A stretch of DNA of 62,252 nt from an uncultured delta proteobacterium (GTDB lineage Bacteria > Desulfobacterota > Binatia > UBA9968): the NCBI GenBank assembly GCA_963840855.1, contig CAWJBB010000032.1:1-62252 (forward strand). Reading direction: 5' to 3'. Shown here in pieces: positions 10,174-21,470 of the stretch. Positions within the stretch are counted from its first letter, which is position 1. Every line of letters begins with the position of its first letter. Both the position numbers and the translations under genes were made by a program. Below the pieces are notes generated by a model. That model saw only the letters and a list, made by a program, of their open reading frames with translations, was not told the DNA's origin and made no database searches.

Positions 10174-11662
10174 TTAGCTTTTTCGCGCGCGCTGAAAAAA
10201 CAGCGGGACGGTAAGGAGCAGGAGCGACACGAAGAGTATCCCTGCGGAGATAGGGTGGGTAATGAAAACGGTGGCATCGCCCTGGCTGATGGCCAGGGCG
10301 CGGCGCGCTTGCGTTTCCGCCAGCGGCCCAAGAATCAAGCCGATGACGGCGGGCGCAACCGGAATATTCCAACGGCGCATAACGAATCCGAGCAGTCCAA
10401 AAACATAGAGAATAACAAGATCCACTACGGATTGATGCAGGCTATAGGCGCCGAGGGTCGCAAAAACTAAAATCCCGGCGTAAAGCACCGGGCGCGGTAT
10501 CGCCAAAACCTTCACCCATATACCAATAAGGGGAAGATTGAGGATAAGCAGCAACACGTTGCCGACGTATAGACTCGCCAGAAGTCCCCAAACCAAGTCG
10601 CCCTGCGTTTGAAACAGCAGTGGCCCAGGTTGGATGCCGTAGTTCTGAAACGCGCTCAATAAGCACCGCCGCGGTGGCCGACGTCGGGATGCCGAGGGTT
10701 AAAAGGGGCACCAGCGCCCCGGTGACCGAAGCGTTATTCGCTGCTTCAGGCCCGGCCACGCCTTCGATGGCGCCCTTACCGAACTCGTGGGGAAATTTAG
10801 TCAATTTTTTTTCCATCGCGTAGGACAGGAACGTCGGAATCTCGGCGCCACCCGCGGGAATCGAACCGAAAGGGAAGCCAATGAACGTGGCGCGCAGCCA
10901 AGCGGGCAGGGAGCGTTTCCAGTCTTGTTTGGACATCCACAAAGAACCTTTGATCTGTTCGATTTTTTCCTCGATCCGGCTGGTGTAGGCGCCGACATAG
11001 AGCGCTTCGCCGACGGCGAAGAGGCCAACGGCAAGCACGACCACATCGATGCCGTCCAACAATTCCGGCACGCCGAAGGCGAAACGTGATCTGCCCGTCT
11101 GGCTATCGATGCCAATAACGCCAAACAGCAGCCCCAAAAACAAGCTCGTCAGGCCGCGCGCCGTGGAACTGCCGATGACCGCCGACACGGTGGTGAAAGC
11201 GAAGACCATGAGAGCGAAATATTCCGCAGGGCCAAATTTCAGTGCGACTTCGACTACTATCGGCGCCAGTAGGGTCACCAGGATTGTCGCAATCGTCCCG
11301 GCGACGAACGAGCCGATGGCGCAGGTGGCGAGTGCCGGCCCCGCGCGGCCGTTTTTCGCCATCAAATTTCCTTCCAGCGCGGTGGCGATGGACGCCGATT
11401 CCCCCGGTGTGTTGAGCAGGATCGTGGTCGTCGAACCACCGTACATGGCGCCGTAGTAAATGCCGGCAAACATAATCAATGCGCCCGTCGCATCGAGTTT
11501 GATGGTGAGGGGCATGAGCATCGCCACGGTGAGCGCCGGTCCGACGCCGGGGAGCACTCCGATGAACGTGCCCAGCGTCACACCGATGAATCCCCACAAA
11601 AGATTCAACGGCGTTAGCGCGATGTTAAAACCGTTGAGCAATGAGCTAAAGGCTTCGGTCAT
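10174..11662 (-). CDS. tctA: tripartite tricarboxylate transporter large permease, split by a +1 frameshift near 10661 (error or pseudogene)
   Basis: [28 protein letters not shown] in the first ORF; [15 protein letters not shown] continues in the second ORF. Confidence 0.88.
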
Positions 11663-11668
11663 GAGTCG

Positions 11669-12169
11669 TCAAATACCCGCGCCACCGAGAATCGGTTTTA
11701 ACCAGCCAGCCGGCAGGTTGACGTTGAGAAATTTTACGAAGAAAAGAAAAACCGCGACACCAAGAACGATTCCGAGAGCGATATCGCGAAGGACCTTCGC
11801 GCTGCCGAAACCGCGCGCGACGCAGGCGAACAGTGCGGCTTGGGCGAGCACGAAGCCCGCGCGATGGATTAAAAGAATTTGCAAGAACAACCCGATGCTG
11901 ACCCAGACGAACGCGCCGGCGTGAAAACGATGCTCGCCGCGCAGCGCCGGGTCATCGGGGACCCCGTTGCGCCAGCCCCCCGAAAGGGCTTCATAAATCA
12001 GCCACAAGCCGAGGAGGATCAGGCCGCCGGCGATAACTGCGGGTGAGACGTTGGGTCCTATCCGGGCATAACCGCCGGCGCCCGATAGCTGCGACGTTCC
12101 CACCGCCACCGCAATCCCCAGCGACAGGACCGCCAGTGAAAGGACAAGTTCCGCGGGCTTGAACTTCAT
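11669..12169 (-). CDS. tctB: tripartite tricarboxylate transporter small permease
   Basis: 4-5 TM segments, C-terminal LNVNLPAG, lies between tctC and tctA. Confidence 0.85.
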   Translation of the reverse strand: MKFKPAELVLSLAVLSLGIAVAVGTSQLSGAGGYARIGPNVSPAVIAGGLILLGLWLIYEALSGGWRNGVPDDPALRGEHRFHAGAFVWVSIGLFLQILLIHRAGFVLAQAALFACVARGFGSAKVLRDIALGIVLGVAVFLFFVKFLNVNLPAGWLKPILGGAGI

Positions 12170-12184
12170 ACTCGGGCGGGGTGG

Positions 12185-13138
12185 TTACTTGTTCTTGATC
12201 CCGAGCGAATCGATGATACCGCCTATCCGTTTAGTGTCGTCATCGATGAACTTCTTGTACTCATCGCCGGCCAAGAAAATCGGCGACCAGCCGAGTTTCT
12301 CAAGAGTTGTCTTCCAGGACGCCGACTCGGTGGCGCCGCGAGTCAGTTTTATGAGCGCGTCGCGCTGGGGAATGGCAATTCCCGGCGCGCCGAAAATACC
12401 ACGCCAATTCGCCAATTCTACGTCGAGCCCCTGTTCCTTGAGCGTGGCGACGCCGTCGATGCGCGCCGGACTGGAGACCGCCAGCCCGCGCATGCGACCG
12501 CCTTTGATTTGCTCGGCGAACTCACCGACGCCGGAGATACCGGCGGTCACATGGCCACCAATGATGGCGGCGATTGCCTCGCCACCGCCCTTGAACGGGA
12601 CATAGTTGATCTTGCTCGGTTCGACGCCCGCGGCCCGCGCGATCAATCCGGCGAGAATGTGGTCGGTGCCGCCGGCGGAGCCGCCGCCCCAGGAAACGCC
12701 GCCGGGATTGGCTTTCAGAGCTTTGACGAGGTCGGCCATCGTCTTGTGCGGCGAATTTGCCGCCACCACGATAATTTCATATTCACCGGTAAGGCGGGCG
12801 AGGGGCGTAACCATGGAGAGATTGACCGGGGAGTTTTCCAGATAGATAGCGCCGATCATGACCATGCCACCGATCATCACGGCGTTCGGATCGCCTTTCG
12901 ACGAATTTATGAACTGCGCCAGGCCGATGGTGCCGCCGGCGCCGCCCTTATTTTCGAATTGTACGGACGACACAAGCTTAGCGCTTTGCATCGCCGCCGC
13001 GAGTTGGCGCCCGGTCTGGTCCCAGCCACCCCCTGGGTTGGCGGGGATCATCATCTTGAGCGCCGGCTGCGGGTGAACCGCCGACGCGAAAAGAGTGGCG
13101 GCGAAGACCGCTACGAACCCAAAAATCCGCTTGCGCAT
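12185..13138 (-). CDS. tctC: tripartite tricarboxylate transporter substrate-binding protein
   Basis: PANPGGGWDQTGR, GAGGTIGL, GGSAGGTDH; ATG 13138 with GGAGG RBS. Confidence 0.9.
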   Translation of the reverse strand: MRKRIFGFVAVFAATLFASAVHPQPALKMMIPANPGGGWDQTGRQLAAAMQSAKLVSSVQFENKGGAGGTIGLAQFINSSKGDPNAVMIGGMVMIGAIYLENSPVNLSMVTPLARLTGEYEIIVVAANSPHKTMADLVKALKANPGGVSWGGGSAGGTDHILAGLIARAAGVEPSKINYVPFKGGGEAIAAIIGGHVTAGISGVGEFAEQIKGGRMRGLAVSSPARIDGVATLKEQGLDVELANWRGIFGAPGIAIPQRDALIKLTRGATESASWKTTLEKLGWSPIFLAGDEYKKFIDDDTKRIGGIIDSLGIKNK

Positions 13139-13218
13139 GAGTCCTCCTCCTTGTCTTGGAGCTTGTGGTTGGCAGAAACAACGCCTTGTATAGTCAACGA
13201 GCGGCGAATTCACAAGTG

Positions 13219-14076
13219 TTACGATGCCCTATTCTTATTGAACGGCCGCGGCTTCGGTCCTTTGTAGGTCCAGAGCAAGTGTCGCGGCATGGGACCTTTG
13301 TTCCGTTCGCCGGACTGGCTTTCTTCCCAGGCGTGCGCCATAACCCCCACCGAACGCGACAATACGAAGAGTCCGCGGCACAACGTCGGCGGAAACCCGA
13401 GCTCCGCGAAAACAACGCCGGTGGCGCCGTCGATGTTCATCGGAATCGTTCGGCCTTTTCGGCGCGCCAGCGATTCCTCGGTAACGCGTCCGATGGCGGC
13501 AAAAAGGCCGGTGACATGGCCGGCAGCCGCGGCTTTCTCCACCAGCTCCAAAAGGCGCGGCGCGCGCGGATCGGTGGGGTGGAAGCGATGACCGAAACCG
13601 GGAACATGTTGGATTCCCTGGTTTGCGAGTAAATTGATCTCGGCTTCGACCGCGGCATTGATCGTCCGCCGCTCCTTTGCATTAGCGCGTGTCCGGTCGA
13701 GACGCTTCGCCACTGAGTTGTAGAATGCGACGCACTGTTCGCCGGCGCCGCCATGGATATCGCCCAAAACATTGATCGCCGAGGCCATGGCGTTGTTAAT
13801 GCCAATGCCGCAGGTGATCGCCATGCGCGCCACCGCGATGGACGGCGCCTGGGGCCCGTGGTCTACAGCGGCCACGAGCGCGGCTTCGAGAAGTTTTGCT
13901 TCGGCCGGCTTTGGCAGCTCACCGCGAGTCAATAGCCATACCATTTCGGCGAAGCTCACGCGACCAATCAAATCTTCGACGGCATAGCCGCGATAGCGGA
14001 TCATGCCGGGTTTCATTTCGATGATCGAGGATGCCCACCATGCTTCGGGCGAATTTTGCTGGTTTCGTTTTGTCAT
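13219..14076 (-). CDS. citryl-CoA lyase / citrate synthase-like protein
   Basis: DHGP, HGGAGE, PGFGHRFH, NIDG catalytic motifs in a short (285 aa) chain. Confidence 0.88.
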   Translation of the reverse strand: MTKRNQQNSPEAWWASSIIEMKPGMIRYRGYAVEDLIGRVSFAEMVWLLTRGELPKPAEAKLLEAALVAAVDHGPQAPSIAVARMAITCGIGINNAMASAINVLGDIHGGAGEQCVAFYNSVAKRLDRTRANAKERRTINAAVEAEINLLANQGIQHVPGFGHRFHPTDPRAPRLLELVEKAAAAGHVTGLFAAIGRVTEESLARRKGRTIPMNIDGATGVVFAELGFPPTLCRGLFVLSRSVGVMAHAWEESQSGERNKGPMPRHLLWTYKGPKPRPFNKNRAS

Positions 14077-14135
14077 TAAAAGTTTCCAAGCGACTAAGAA
14101 ATAATAATTTTACAAATGAGTTGTCACTCGAGTTT

Positions 14136-14226
14136 CTGTCATCGCGGTGCGTCGGCTGCGCTCAGGATAAACTTCGGATCTCGGTCGAGATTCTTCACTC
14201 CGCTGCGCTATGTTCAAAATAGCAGG
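14136..14226. repeat. degenerate REP-like element (TGTCA...GCTCAGG...AGATTCTTC type)
   Basis: CTGTCATC...GCTCAGGATAAAC...GAGATTCTTCACT resembles palindromic units at 25871 and the ABC-array linkers. Confidence 0.4.
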
Positions 14227-14281
14227 ATGGAGAATTGGAAAACTTAATTTTTAACAATCCCTAAGCGCGCGCCCACCGCGA

Positions 14282-15481
14282 TTACACGGCGCCACTTTCT
14301 CGTAGTTTGTCAATCGTGTTCCGGTCGTAACCCAATTCCCTCAATATGTTCTCGGTGTCGGCGCCCAACTTGGGCGGCGGCCCGGCTGGCGCAGGGTCGC
14401 CACTGGCCAGATGGAATCCAGACCGAACCACGGCAATCTCACGATCGATGCCGGCGGTGTTTGGAAATCGCTCGACCAGCCCGCGCTCGGCGATCTGGGG
14501 CTGCTGCAGCGCCTCGGGAATCGACAAAACCTCACCCGCGGGAACTCCATGTTGATTAAATAGCAGCGCCCATTCTTTGGCGGATTTGGCCGTGAGCGCC
14601 AATTCGATCTCATCCCTTAAGTCAAAGCGCCTTTTTTTGCGGTCCTCGCGATCGCTATAACGCGGGTCGGTGGCAAGTTCTTTGCGGCCAATAATCTCGC
14701 AGAGGATTTCGAACTGTTCCTGCTTGTTGGCCGCAATGTTCAAAAGCCCTTTGCCGGTTTTGAATGTTCCCGACGGGCTGGCGGTCATATTCTCATTGCC
14801 CAACGGTTCGGGCTTGACGCCGGCGATAAGCCAATTGGACACTGCCCAGCCCATGGCTACGAGCGTGGATTCGAGCATGGAGACATCGATAAATTCCCCT
14901 TCGCCGCTGCGCTCGCGCCGGAACAGCGCGGCAGCGACGGCGAATGCCGCGGTGATGCCGCCGATGGTGTCGGCCACTGGAAAACCGACGCGGAGCGGAG
15001 CCGTCTCTCTGTCACCGGTAATGCTCATAACTCCGGACAGGCCCTGCACGATCTGGTCGTAAGCGGGATTATCTTTCAGGGCGCCGTTCTGGCCGAAGCC
15101 GGAGATGGCACAATAAACTAGATCGGGCTTGACTTTGTTGAGTTCGGGGTATCCAAAGCCGAGCCGGTCCATGACCCCGGGGCGAAAATTTTCCACGACA
15201 ACATCCGCCGTTGCCACAAGCCGGCGAAAGACCGCTTTACCCGCGCGGCTTTTTAGGTTGATGGTCAGCGAGCGTTTCCCCGCATTCTGGGCGAGAAATG
15301 ACGCGCCCATCAAGCGCCTATTCAATTCCGCATCTGCGCCAAGCTGGCGCGCCAGATCGCCGGTCGATGGAGCCTCGATCTTGATGACGTCCGCGCCAAG
15401 TTGGGCGAGCTGATAGCAACAAAACGGCCCCGCCAAGACATTGGTCAGATCGAGCACGCGCACGTTTTCGAGTAGCTTCAT
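14282..15481 (-). CDS. family III (CaiB/BaiF) CoA-transferase
   Basis: VLDLTNVLAGP, GADVIKIE, NAGKRS, ENFRPG, PAYD; probable start MKLL at 15481. Confidence 0.92.
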   Translation of the reverse strand: MKLLENVRVLDLTNVLAGPFCCYQLAQLGADVIKIEAPSTGDLARQLGADAELNRRLMGASFLAQNAGKRSLTINLKSRAGKAVFRRLVATADVVVENFRPGVMDRLGFGYPELNKVKPDLVYCAISGFGQNGALKDNPAYDQIVQGLSGVMSITGDRETAPLRVGFPVADTIGGITAAFAVAAALFRRERSGEGEFIDVSMLESTLVAMGWAVSNWLIAGVKPEPLGNENMTASPSGTFKTGKGLLNIAANKQEQFEILCEIIGRKELATDPRYSDREDRKKRRFDLRDEIELALTAKSAKEWALLFNQHGVPAGEVLSIPEALQQPQIAERGLVERFPNTAGIDREIAVVRSGFHLASGDPAPAGPPPKLGADTENILRELGYDRNTIDKLRESGAV

Positions 15482-15732
15482 CGCCGCACGCCGAATCGAC
15501 GCGATACGGCGACTATGACGAGTTCGTGCCAATTCGTCAATGCAAAATTTCCGCCAACCGATAAACGAAGCCACTTCGCGTGCGGGGTTTTGACCCCGCC
15601 CTTGACCAAAGGGGATGCTCGCCCCCTTTGGAAACCCCATAAAGTTGTGCCGCCTCAAGAGGCGGGGTTTACATAGAATAAATTGATTTGGCCGACCGGG
15701 AGTGTTAGATATGCGCTTACTCAAACCCGTGT

Positions 15733-15809
15733 CGGGGCGTAGCGCAGCCTGGTAGCGCACACGCTTGGGGTGCGTGTGGTCACCGGTTCAAATCCGGTCG
15801 CCCCGACCA
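15733..15809 (+). tRNA. tRNA-Pro (anticodon GGG)
   Basis: CGGGGCG/CGCCCCG acceptor stem, CACGC-TTGGGGT-GCGTG anticodon arm, GGTTCAAATCC T-arm, encoded CCA. Confidence 0.97.
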
Positions 15810-15945
15810 GTTCCTCTCGTTCGATACCAATAGAACGGCTTATCGCAGGAGCGAAAACCCGATGAGTCGCGATCGGGCTCGGGTTCGGAGCAAGACTATT
15901 CTCGCATCGACGGCCTGCGCGCCCAGCAATAAAACTTTTCACGAC

Positions 15946-15961
15946 TGTTCAATATTAGACA
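15946..15961 (+). promoter_or_regulatory. palindromic Crp/Fnr-type box TGTTCAATATTAGACA
   Basis: member of the 10-copy motif; followed by GCGCAGCAT at conserved spacing. Confidence 0.75.
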
Positions 15962-16035
15962 GTAATTGCTGTCAAGTCAGCGCAGCATAATAATTCAAAC
16001 CCCCTGATGGCCGAATAGAGGAAATTAGAGGAAAT

Positions 16036-16410
16036 ATGAATTTAAATAAAGGATGGAAGATTCATCAAATTATCGTGGCACAGTCAGGTTGGAAAGCCGT
16101 TCATTGCCGGGAATCGGAAAATAGACAAATAGAGATTTCCAATCGGGCCGTAGTTTGCTGGGCGCTTGTCGAAGCCATCGACGAGAACGACACTGTGCGA
16201 ACAGAAGTGCGAGGGGTCGAGCAGAATTCAAACCATCTCGTGATTGTTGGGGATTTGATCAAGACGGATAAAATTGGGGAAGAGGGCGTAGATGGTAACC
16301 AGTATTTTCTTGGATACAATGATCCGGACGCGCACCAAGAGTCTGACTATTGGATCAAGCAAGCCAACCTGCGGATTGAGAGGGAACACGAAAAAATAGC
16401 GAAGCGGTGA
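16036..16410 (+). CDS. hypothetical protein
   Basis: GAGGA RBS; directly downstream of a motif box. Confidence 0.75.
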   Translation: MNLNKGWKIHQIIVAQSGWKAVHCRESENRQIEISNRAVVCWALVEAIDENDTVRTEVRGVEQNSNHLVIVGDLIKTDKIGEEGVDGNQYFLGYNDPDAHQESDYWIKQANLRIEREHEKIAKR

Positions 16411-16620
16411 GATCGACCGCCTTGTTTCGCTTCCATAGGTAGGTCACGCTAGGTTGTTGATCCTCACCGTGTCAATCGCATTCCTTTTTTGGGTGACTCA
16501 TTCACGTCACGTAACTTCGCAGGCTTCCGCTGGCCGTTCAACTCAAGCCGCGAAGCGGCCGATTTGCCATAGTGATTTCTGTAAGGGCATGATAGCCTGC
16601 AGCACAAAGGAGAAAGAAAA

Positions 16621-16908
16621 ATGCTTGAGGTGGGTCACCGATTGTTCGTGGGAATAAAAATTTCGACAAAATTGCAAAACGATTTGGACCGCCCGGCTCC
16701 CGGAACGGAGCATTATTTTAATGCTGACAGTGCAGACTATCTTCACGTCGTTACCGTGGGGGAGCAAAAGTTGATCGGAAGGTACGTGAAGGACGGCTTT
16801 CCGGCGTCGGATATGGATAACGTCAGCCGCAACGTCTGCAGCATCGTGAAGCTGATCACACGCGGCCACCGCATAGAAGAAGGTTCTGTCCATATCTACG
16901 CTGCTTGA
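16621..16908 (+). CDS. hypothetical protein
   Basis: AGGAG RBS, globular protein-like composition. Confidence 0.7.
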   Translation: MLEVGHRLFVGIKISTKLQNDLDRPAPGTEHYFNADSADYLHVVTVGEQKLIGRYVKDGFPASDMDNVSRNVCSIVKLITRGHRIEEGSVHIYAA

Positions 16909-17254
16909 GTTTTCAACGCTGGTGACCTGACCATAGCGGTTCTTTTCCCTCGTAAAGCTCGCGACGCTTCCCTTCCCCTGACTTTCAAGTTGTCAGCCGT
17001 TTGCCGAGTTCGGACGCAAGGCCGTTAGCATCGGTTGTCCTAGGCAAATGATTGATGGGGTATCTTTATCGTCTGCATCTGGTATACTCACGAGCAATGT
17101 AACAACTGAAACCCAACGTCCAAATAAAACACACTCGGTCTAATTTTTCCGAGTATTGGAGAGGCGGTTCCCAGGGTAACCGCCTCTTTGCGTTTATGGG
17201 CCGGAAAATGACTGGGAATCGCGAGGTGCGACTGCCAGCAAGGAGATTTTCCCT

Positions 17255-19544
17255 ATGGAGCCGAGCCTCCACCATTCCCGGATCAATCGGATTGCTTTTA
17301 TCGGCAACTATTTGCCACGACAGTGCGGTATCGCCACGTTCACCACCGACTTGTGTGAGGCCATTGCTGCAGAACACCCTGATACAACTTGCATCGCAGT
17401 GCCGGTCAACGACGTCGAAGAGGGTTACGCCTATCCGACTCGTGTGCGCTTCGAACTGACCGAAAAGGATCTTCAATCCTACCGGCGGGCGGCGGACTTT
17501 CTGAATATCAATAGCGTGGACCTCGTATGCCTGCAGTTCGAATACGGCATCTTCGGAGGACGGGCGGGCAGCCACATCCTGGCCCTGCTCCGCGATCTGC
17601 GCGTGCCCATTGTTACGACCCTGCACACTGTTTTGCGCGAACCCGACGCGCATCAACGTCGAGTTTTACAAGAAGTCGCGGCTCTATCGGACCGCTTGGT
17701 TGTCATGAGCAAGCGCGGCGTGGAATTTCTCGAGCAAGTCTATCATGTGGCGCCGGAGAAAATTGATTCGATTCCCCACGGTATCCCGGATATGCCTTTT
17801 GTCGATCCGAGTTTCCATAAAGACTTGTTTGGCGTCGAAGGCAAAGTCGTACTGCTTAGTTTTGGCCTATTGTCGGCGAACAAGGGAATCGAGAATGTCA
17901 TCGCTGCTCTCCCCGCCATCTTGGCCAAGCATCCCAACGTGGTGTACTTCATTGTTGGCGCGACCCATCCGCATGTTTTGAAACAGGATGGCGAAACTTA
18001 TCGGTTGTCACTGCAGTGGCTGGCTCAAGAGAAAGGCGTCGAAGGCCAGGTGATCTTTTACAACCGATTTGTCAGCGTGGAGGAACTCGTTGAGTTCATC
18101 GGCGCCGCGGATATTTACATCACGCCTTATCTGAATCCGGCGCAGATCGTTTCGGGTACGCTCGCTTATACCGTAGGGGCGGGTAAGGCGGTGATTTCGA
18201 CACCCTATTGGCATGCTGAAGAAATGCTGGACGACGGGCGAGGAGTGCTCGTGCCCTTCCGTGATCCGGCGGCGTTAGCGGATCAGGTGACCCGATTGCT
18301 GGATGACGAAGCGACTCGCCACGGGATGCGCAAGCGCGCTTATCTCTATGGGCGCGATATGATCTGGCCGCAAGTAGCGCGACGCTATATGGCGAGCTTT
18401 CGGCGCGCGCGATCCGAACGGCGGCACTTTACTCCTCCCGGTTTTGTCGTGAAACCGCTCGATAAACGTCCGGCCGAACTGCCCCCTCTGAAACTCGATC
18501 ACTTGCGGCGCATGACGGATGATACCGGTATGTTTCAACACGCCATTTTCACCGTGCCCAACTATCATGAGGGGTACACCATCGACGACAACGCCCGCGC
18601 CCTGACGGTCAGCACCCTCCTGGAAGAGCTCGGCAGCGAAGAGAGCGCGGATCTAACGTCACGCTATTTCGCCTTCGTCTGGTACGCCTTCAATGCGAAG
18701 ACCGGACGCTTCCGAAATTTCATGAGCTATCAGCGCAACTGGCTGGAGGAGAACGGCTCCGACGACAGTCATGGCCGCGCGTTGTGGGCGCTGGGCACCG
18801 TATTGGGCCACTCCAACACGCCGGCGCTCCAGAGTATGGCCGGCTGGGTATTCGAGAAGGCGTTGCCCGCCATTCTAGACACGACCAGCCCGCGAGCGTG
18901 GGCATTCGCGCTTATGGGTATCGACGAATACCTGCAGCGTTTTGCCGGTGATCGCAGAATCACTCTGGTCCGTGAGGTGTTGGCCGGACGGTTACTCGAC
19001 TTGTATGGCCAAAACCGGACAGACGAATGGCGCTGGTATGAAGAATCGCTAACCTATTGTAACGGCGCGCTGCCGCACGCGTTACTCATATGCGGCCAAC
19101 GCATACCCGACAATGAAATGATCGAAGCCGGACTGGAATCGCTTCAATGGCTGGCAGATCTGCAACGAGCCGAAACGAACGGCGGTCATTTTGTGCCTAT
19201 CGGTTCCAACGGTTTTTATCAACGCGGCGGTCAGCGTGCGCGCTTCGATCAGCAGCCGGTGGAGGCGCAAGCCATGGTCTCGTCCTGCCTCGCGGCGCAT
19301 CGCCTTACCGGTGATCAACGGTGGCACAAGGAAGCGCGGCGCGCCTTTGACTGGTTCCTCGGTCGCAACGACCTCAACCTGCCGATCTACGATCCGACAA
19401 CAGGCGGTTGTCGAGACGGCTTGCATCCCGACCGCCCCAACGAAAACCAGGGCGCAGAGTCTTCCCTCGCATTTCTCCAGGCGGTGTCTGGAACTGCGCT
19501 TGGCCGAGACCGCACTGGTGTCCGTGGAAACAGGAGCTCGATGA
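17255..19544 (+). CDS. GT4 glycosyltransferase with C-terminal (alpha/alpha)-barrel-like domain; extra T near 19487 fuses it to the next gene
   Basis: PRQCGIATF, EYGIFGG, TPYxNxxQxxSGTL; C-domain YTIDDNAR, FDQQP, NQGAES; natural end LELRLAE...GAR* lies in the +1 frame. Confidence 0.85.
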
Positions 19545-20482
19545 CCAATCAACATCCAGAACTTTTTCGCCGTCATAAGACCAATCCAATCCTGAGTGCC
19601 GCCGATTGGCCTTATCCGATCAATAGCGTGTTTAATCCCGGAGCCATTCTGCTGCCCGATGGCACGACCCTGCTCTTGTGCCGTGTCGAAGACCGCCGGG
19701 GCCATTCGCATCTTACCGTTGCTCGTTCGGCCAATGGCAGGGACAACTGGCGGATTGAATCACAGCCCACATTGTCGCCCGACCCTGAACATTTCCCGGA
19801 AGAACTGTGGGGCATCGAAGATCCGCGCATCACCTATGTACCGGAATTGAGCAAGTATGCGGTCGTTTATACCGCGTTCACACGCGACGGCCCGGGAGTG
19901 TCTTTGGCGCTCACTACGGATTTTCATGCTTTCGAGCGCTACGGGGTGATCATGCCGCCGGAGGATAAGGATGCGGCCCTGTTTCCTCGGCGTATTGGCG
20001 GCCAATGGGCTTTGATCCATCGCCCCGTCAGTGCTCCGCGCGCACACATGTGGATATCTTACTCTCCCGACTTGCGGAACTGGGGCCACCACAAGATGAT
20101 GCTGGAGGCGCGCCGCGGCGGCTGGTGGGATGCTAACAAAATCGGCCTGTCGCCGCCGCCTATTGAAACGTCAGAGGGTTGGCTGGTGATTTACCACGGT
20201 GTGCGCCAAACGGCTGCGGGTGCAATTTACCGACTGGGACTTGCTCTGTTTGATTTGCACGCGCCGGAGCGATGCTTGACGCGCGGCGACGAGTGGATCT
20301 TTGGGCCGCAAGAAACCTACGAGCAACGTGGGGATGTAGACAACGTCGTCTTTCCTTGCGGATATACCCTTCTGCCTGACGGCGACACCATCCACCTCTA
20401 CTATGGAGCGGCGGACACGAGCATTTGCCTGGCTACGGGCAGTGTGAGCGCGATGCTGGAGTGGCTTAAACGAAACGGATAG
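19541..20482 (+). CDS. GH130-like glycoside phosphorylase/hydrolase (beta-mannoside family)
   Basis: NPIL, VFNPGA, GIEDPRIT, KDAALFP, HRP, NVVFPCG, YYGAAD; own AGGAG RBS and ATGA overlap. Confidence 0.88.
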   Translation: MTNQHPELFRRHKTNPILSAADWPYPINSVFNPGAILLPDGTTLLLCRVEDRRGHSHLTVARSANGRDNWRIESQPTLSPDPEHFPEELWGIEDPRITYVPELSKYAVVYTAFTRDGPGVSLALTTDFHAFERYGVIMPPEDKDAALFPRRIGGQWALIHRPVSAPRAHMWISYSPDLRNWGHHKMMLEARRGGWWDANKIGLSPPPIETSEGWLVIYHGVRQTAAGAIYRLGLALFDLHAPERCLTRGDEWIFGPQETYEQRGDVDNVVFPCGYTLLPDGDTIHLYYGAADTSICLATGSVSAMLEWLKRNG

Positions 20483-20520
20483 AAACCGACGACAATGATC
20501 GACGAGACAAAGGAGTGTTT

Positions 20521-20712
20521 ATGGCAAGCGAGACATTTAAAAAACGGCAGAAGGAGACGGCACGAAGGGAAAAGCAACAGAAGAAATTTGCCCGACGGTT
20601 AGAACGTAAGAACGACAAGGGAAAGACCGAGACAGAGACCGAGACTGAGTCTGGCGGGGAAAATCCTGGGATATCCGAGCAGATACCAAAACACGGTCCA
20701 ACGATTTTATAG
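20521..20712 (+). CDS. small basic hypothetical protein
   Basis: AAGGAG RBS; ETFKKRQKExARxEK charged helix. Confidence 0.75.
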   Translation: MASETFKKRQKETARREKQQKKFARRLERKNDKGKTETETETESGGENPGISEQIPKHGPTIL

Positions 20713-20867
20713 ATTTCCAACCCCGCAGCGAACTATGCCGCTCCCGCGATAGATCCGGTCGTATGGCATATTCTCATTGATTCGCTGGTTAGCAGGCGAC
20801 GCCAATCAGTGAAACGAGAGAGTTTGAGCATCGGATCGCCTGGTGTGAATCGGAAAAGGAGAATCGA

Positions 20868-21380
20868 ATGATACTGAATGCTGGGAAAACGGTTGTTTAT
20901 CCGAACCAAGGCCCCTGTCGCGTTGGCCCCGTGGTCAAAAAAGATTTTGGCGGCCGGCCGATGAACTTCTACCCGTTGGCCGTCATGGACGATAGTGGCA
21001 ATGTGTTATTCGTCCCTGTAGACAAAATTAAGACCCTGGGGATCAGGCAGCTAATGGAAAAGTCCGAAATCCCAAGGCTACTACGCCGACTCAGCCAGGG
21101 AGTCGAACCTATAATTGTACCAACCACAGGCATGAGGTGGAAGCAACGCGCCATCGACAATTCGAAGCTGTTAGCCTCCGGGTCGGCATTGGATCTCGCT
21201 CAGATCATTGGAACACTAACTGAGTTGAACGGGACAAAAGCGCTGTCGCCCCGCGACCGCCAGGTGTTGGACAGGGCAAGAAAGAACCTGATTTGCGAGA
21301 TTTCCGAAGTAATGGGCAAAACCAAAATCGCGGCGGAGGAACAGGTAGACAATGCTCTCAAGGTGCAAAAACGAGACTAA
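20868..21380 (+). CDS. carD: CarD family transcriptional regulator
   Basis: VVYPNQG N-terminal motif, VPV..GIR, WKQR, LxxEISEV. Confidence 0.88.
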   Translation: MILNAGKTVVYPNQGPCRVGPVVKKDFGGRPMNFYPLAVMDDSGNVLFVPVDKIKTLGIRQLMEKSEIPRLLRRLSQGVEPIIVPTTGMRWKQRAIDNSKLLASGSALDLAQIIGTLTELNGTKALSPRDRQVLDRARKNLICEISEVMGKTKIAAEEQVDNALKVQKRD

Positions 21381-21470
21381 GGAGACCGAACGGAACACGG
21401 CCGCACCTCGATAATTCGCGAGTCGGCGGCAGCGCCGATGTTATCCGGCGCTTCTCTCGCAAAGAGAGAA

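Noticed and set aside
15733-16100. Integrase or att site of a tRNA-integrated island or prophage
   Set aside because: No tyrosine or serine recombinase, no phage genes and no repeat of the tRNA 3' end found in the window
17255-20482. 1075-aa GT4-GH130 fusion protein in the ORF track
   Set aside because: Removing one T near 19487 gives a natural GT4 end (LELRLAE...GAR*) overlapping the GH130 ATG (ATGA) with its own AGGAG RBS, so two genes plus an indel is more likely
20626-20650. ACCGAG/ACAGAG hexamer repeat
   Set aside because: Encodes a short TETETETE low-complexity linker only
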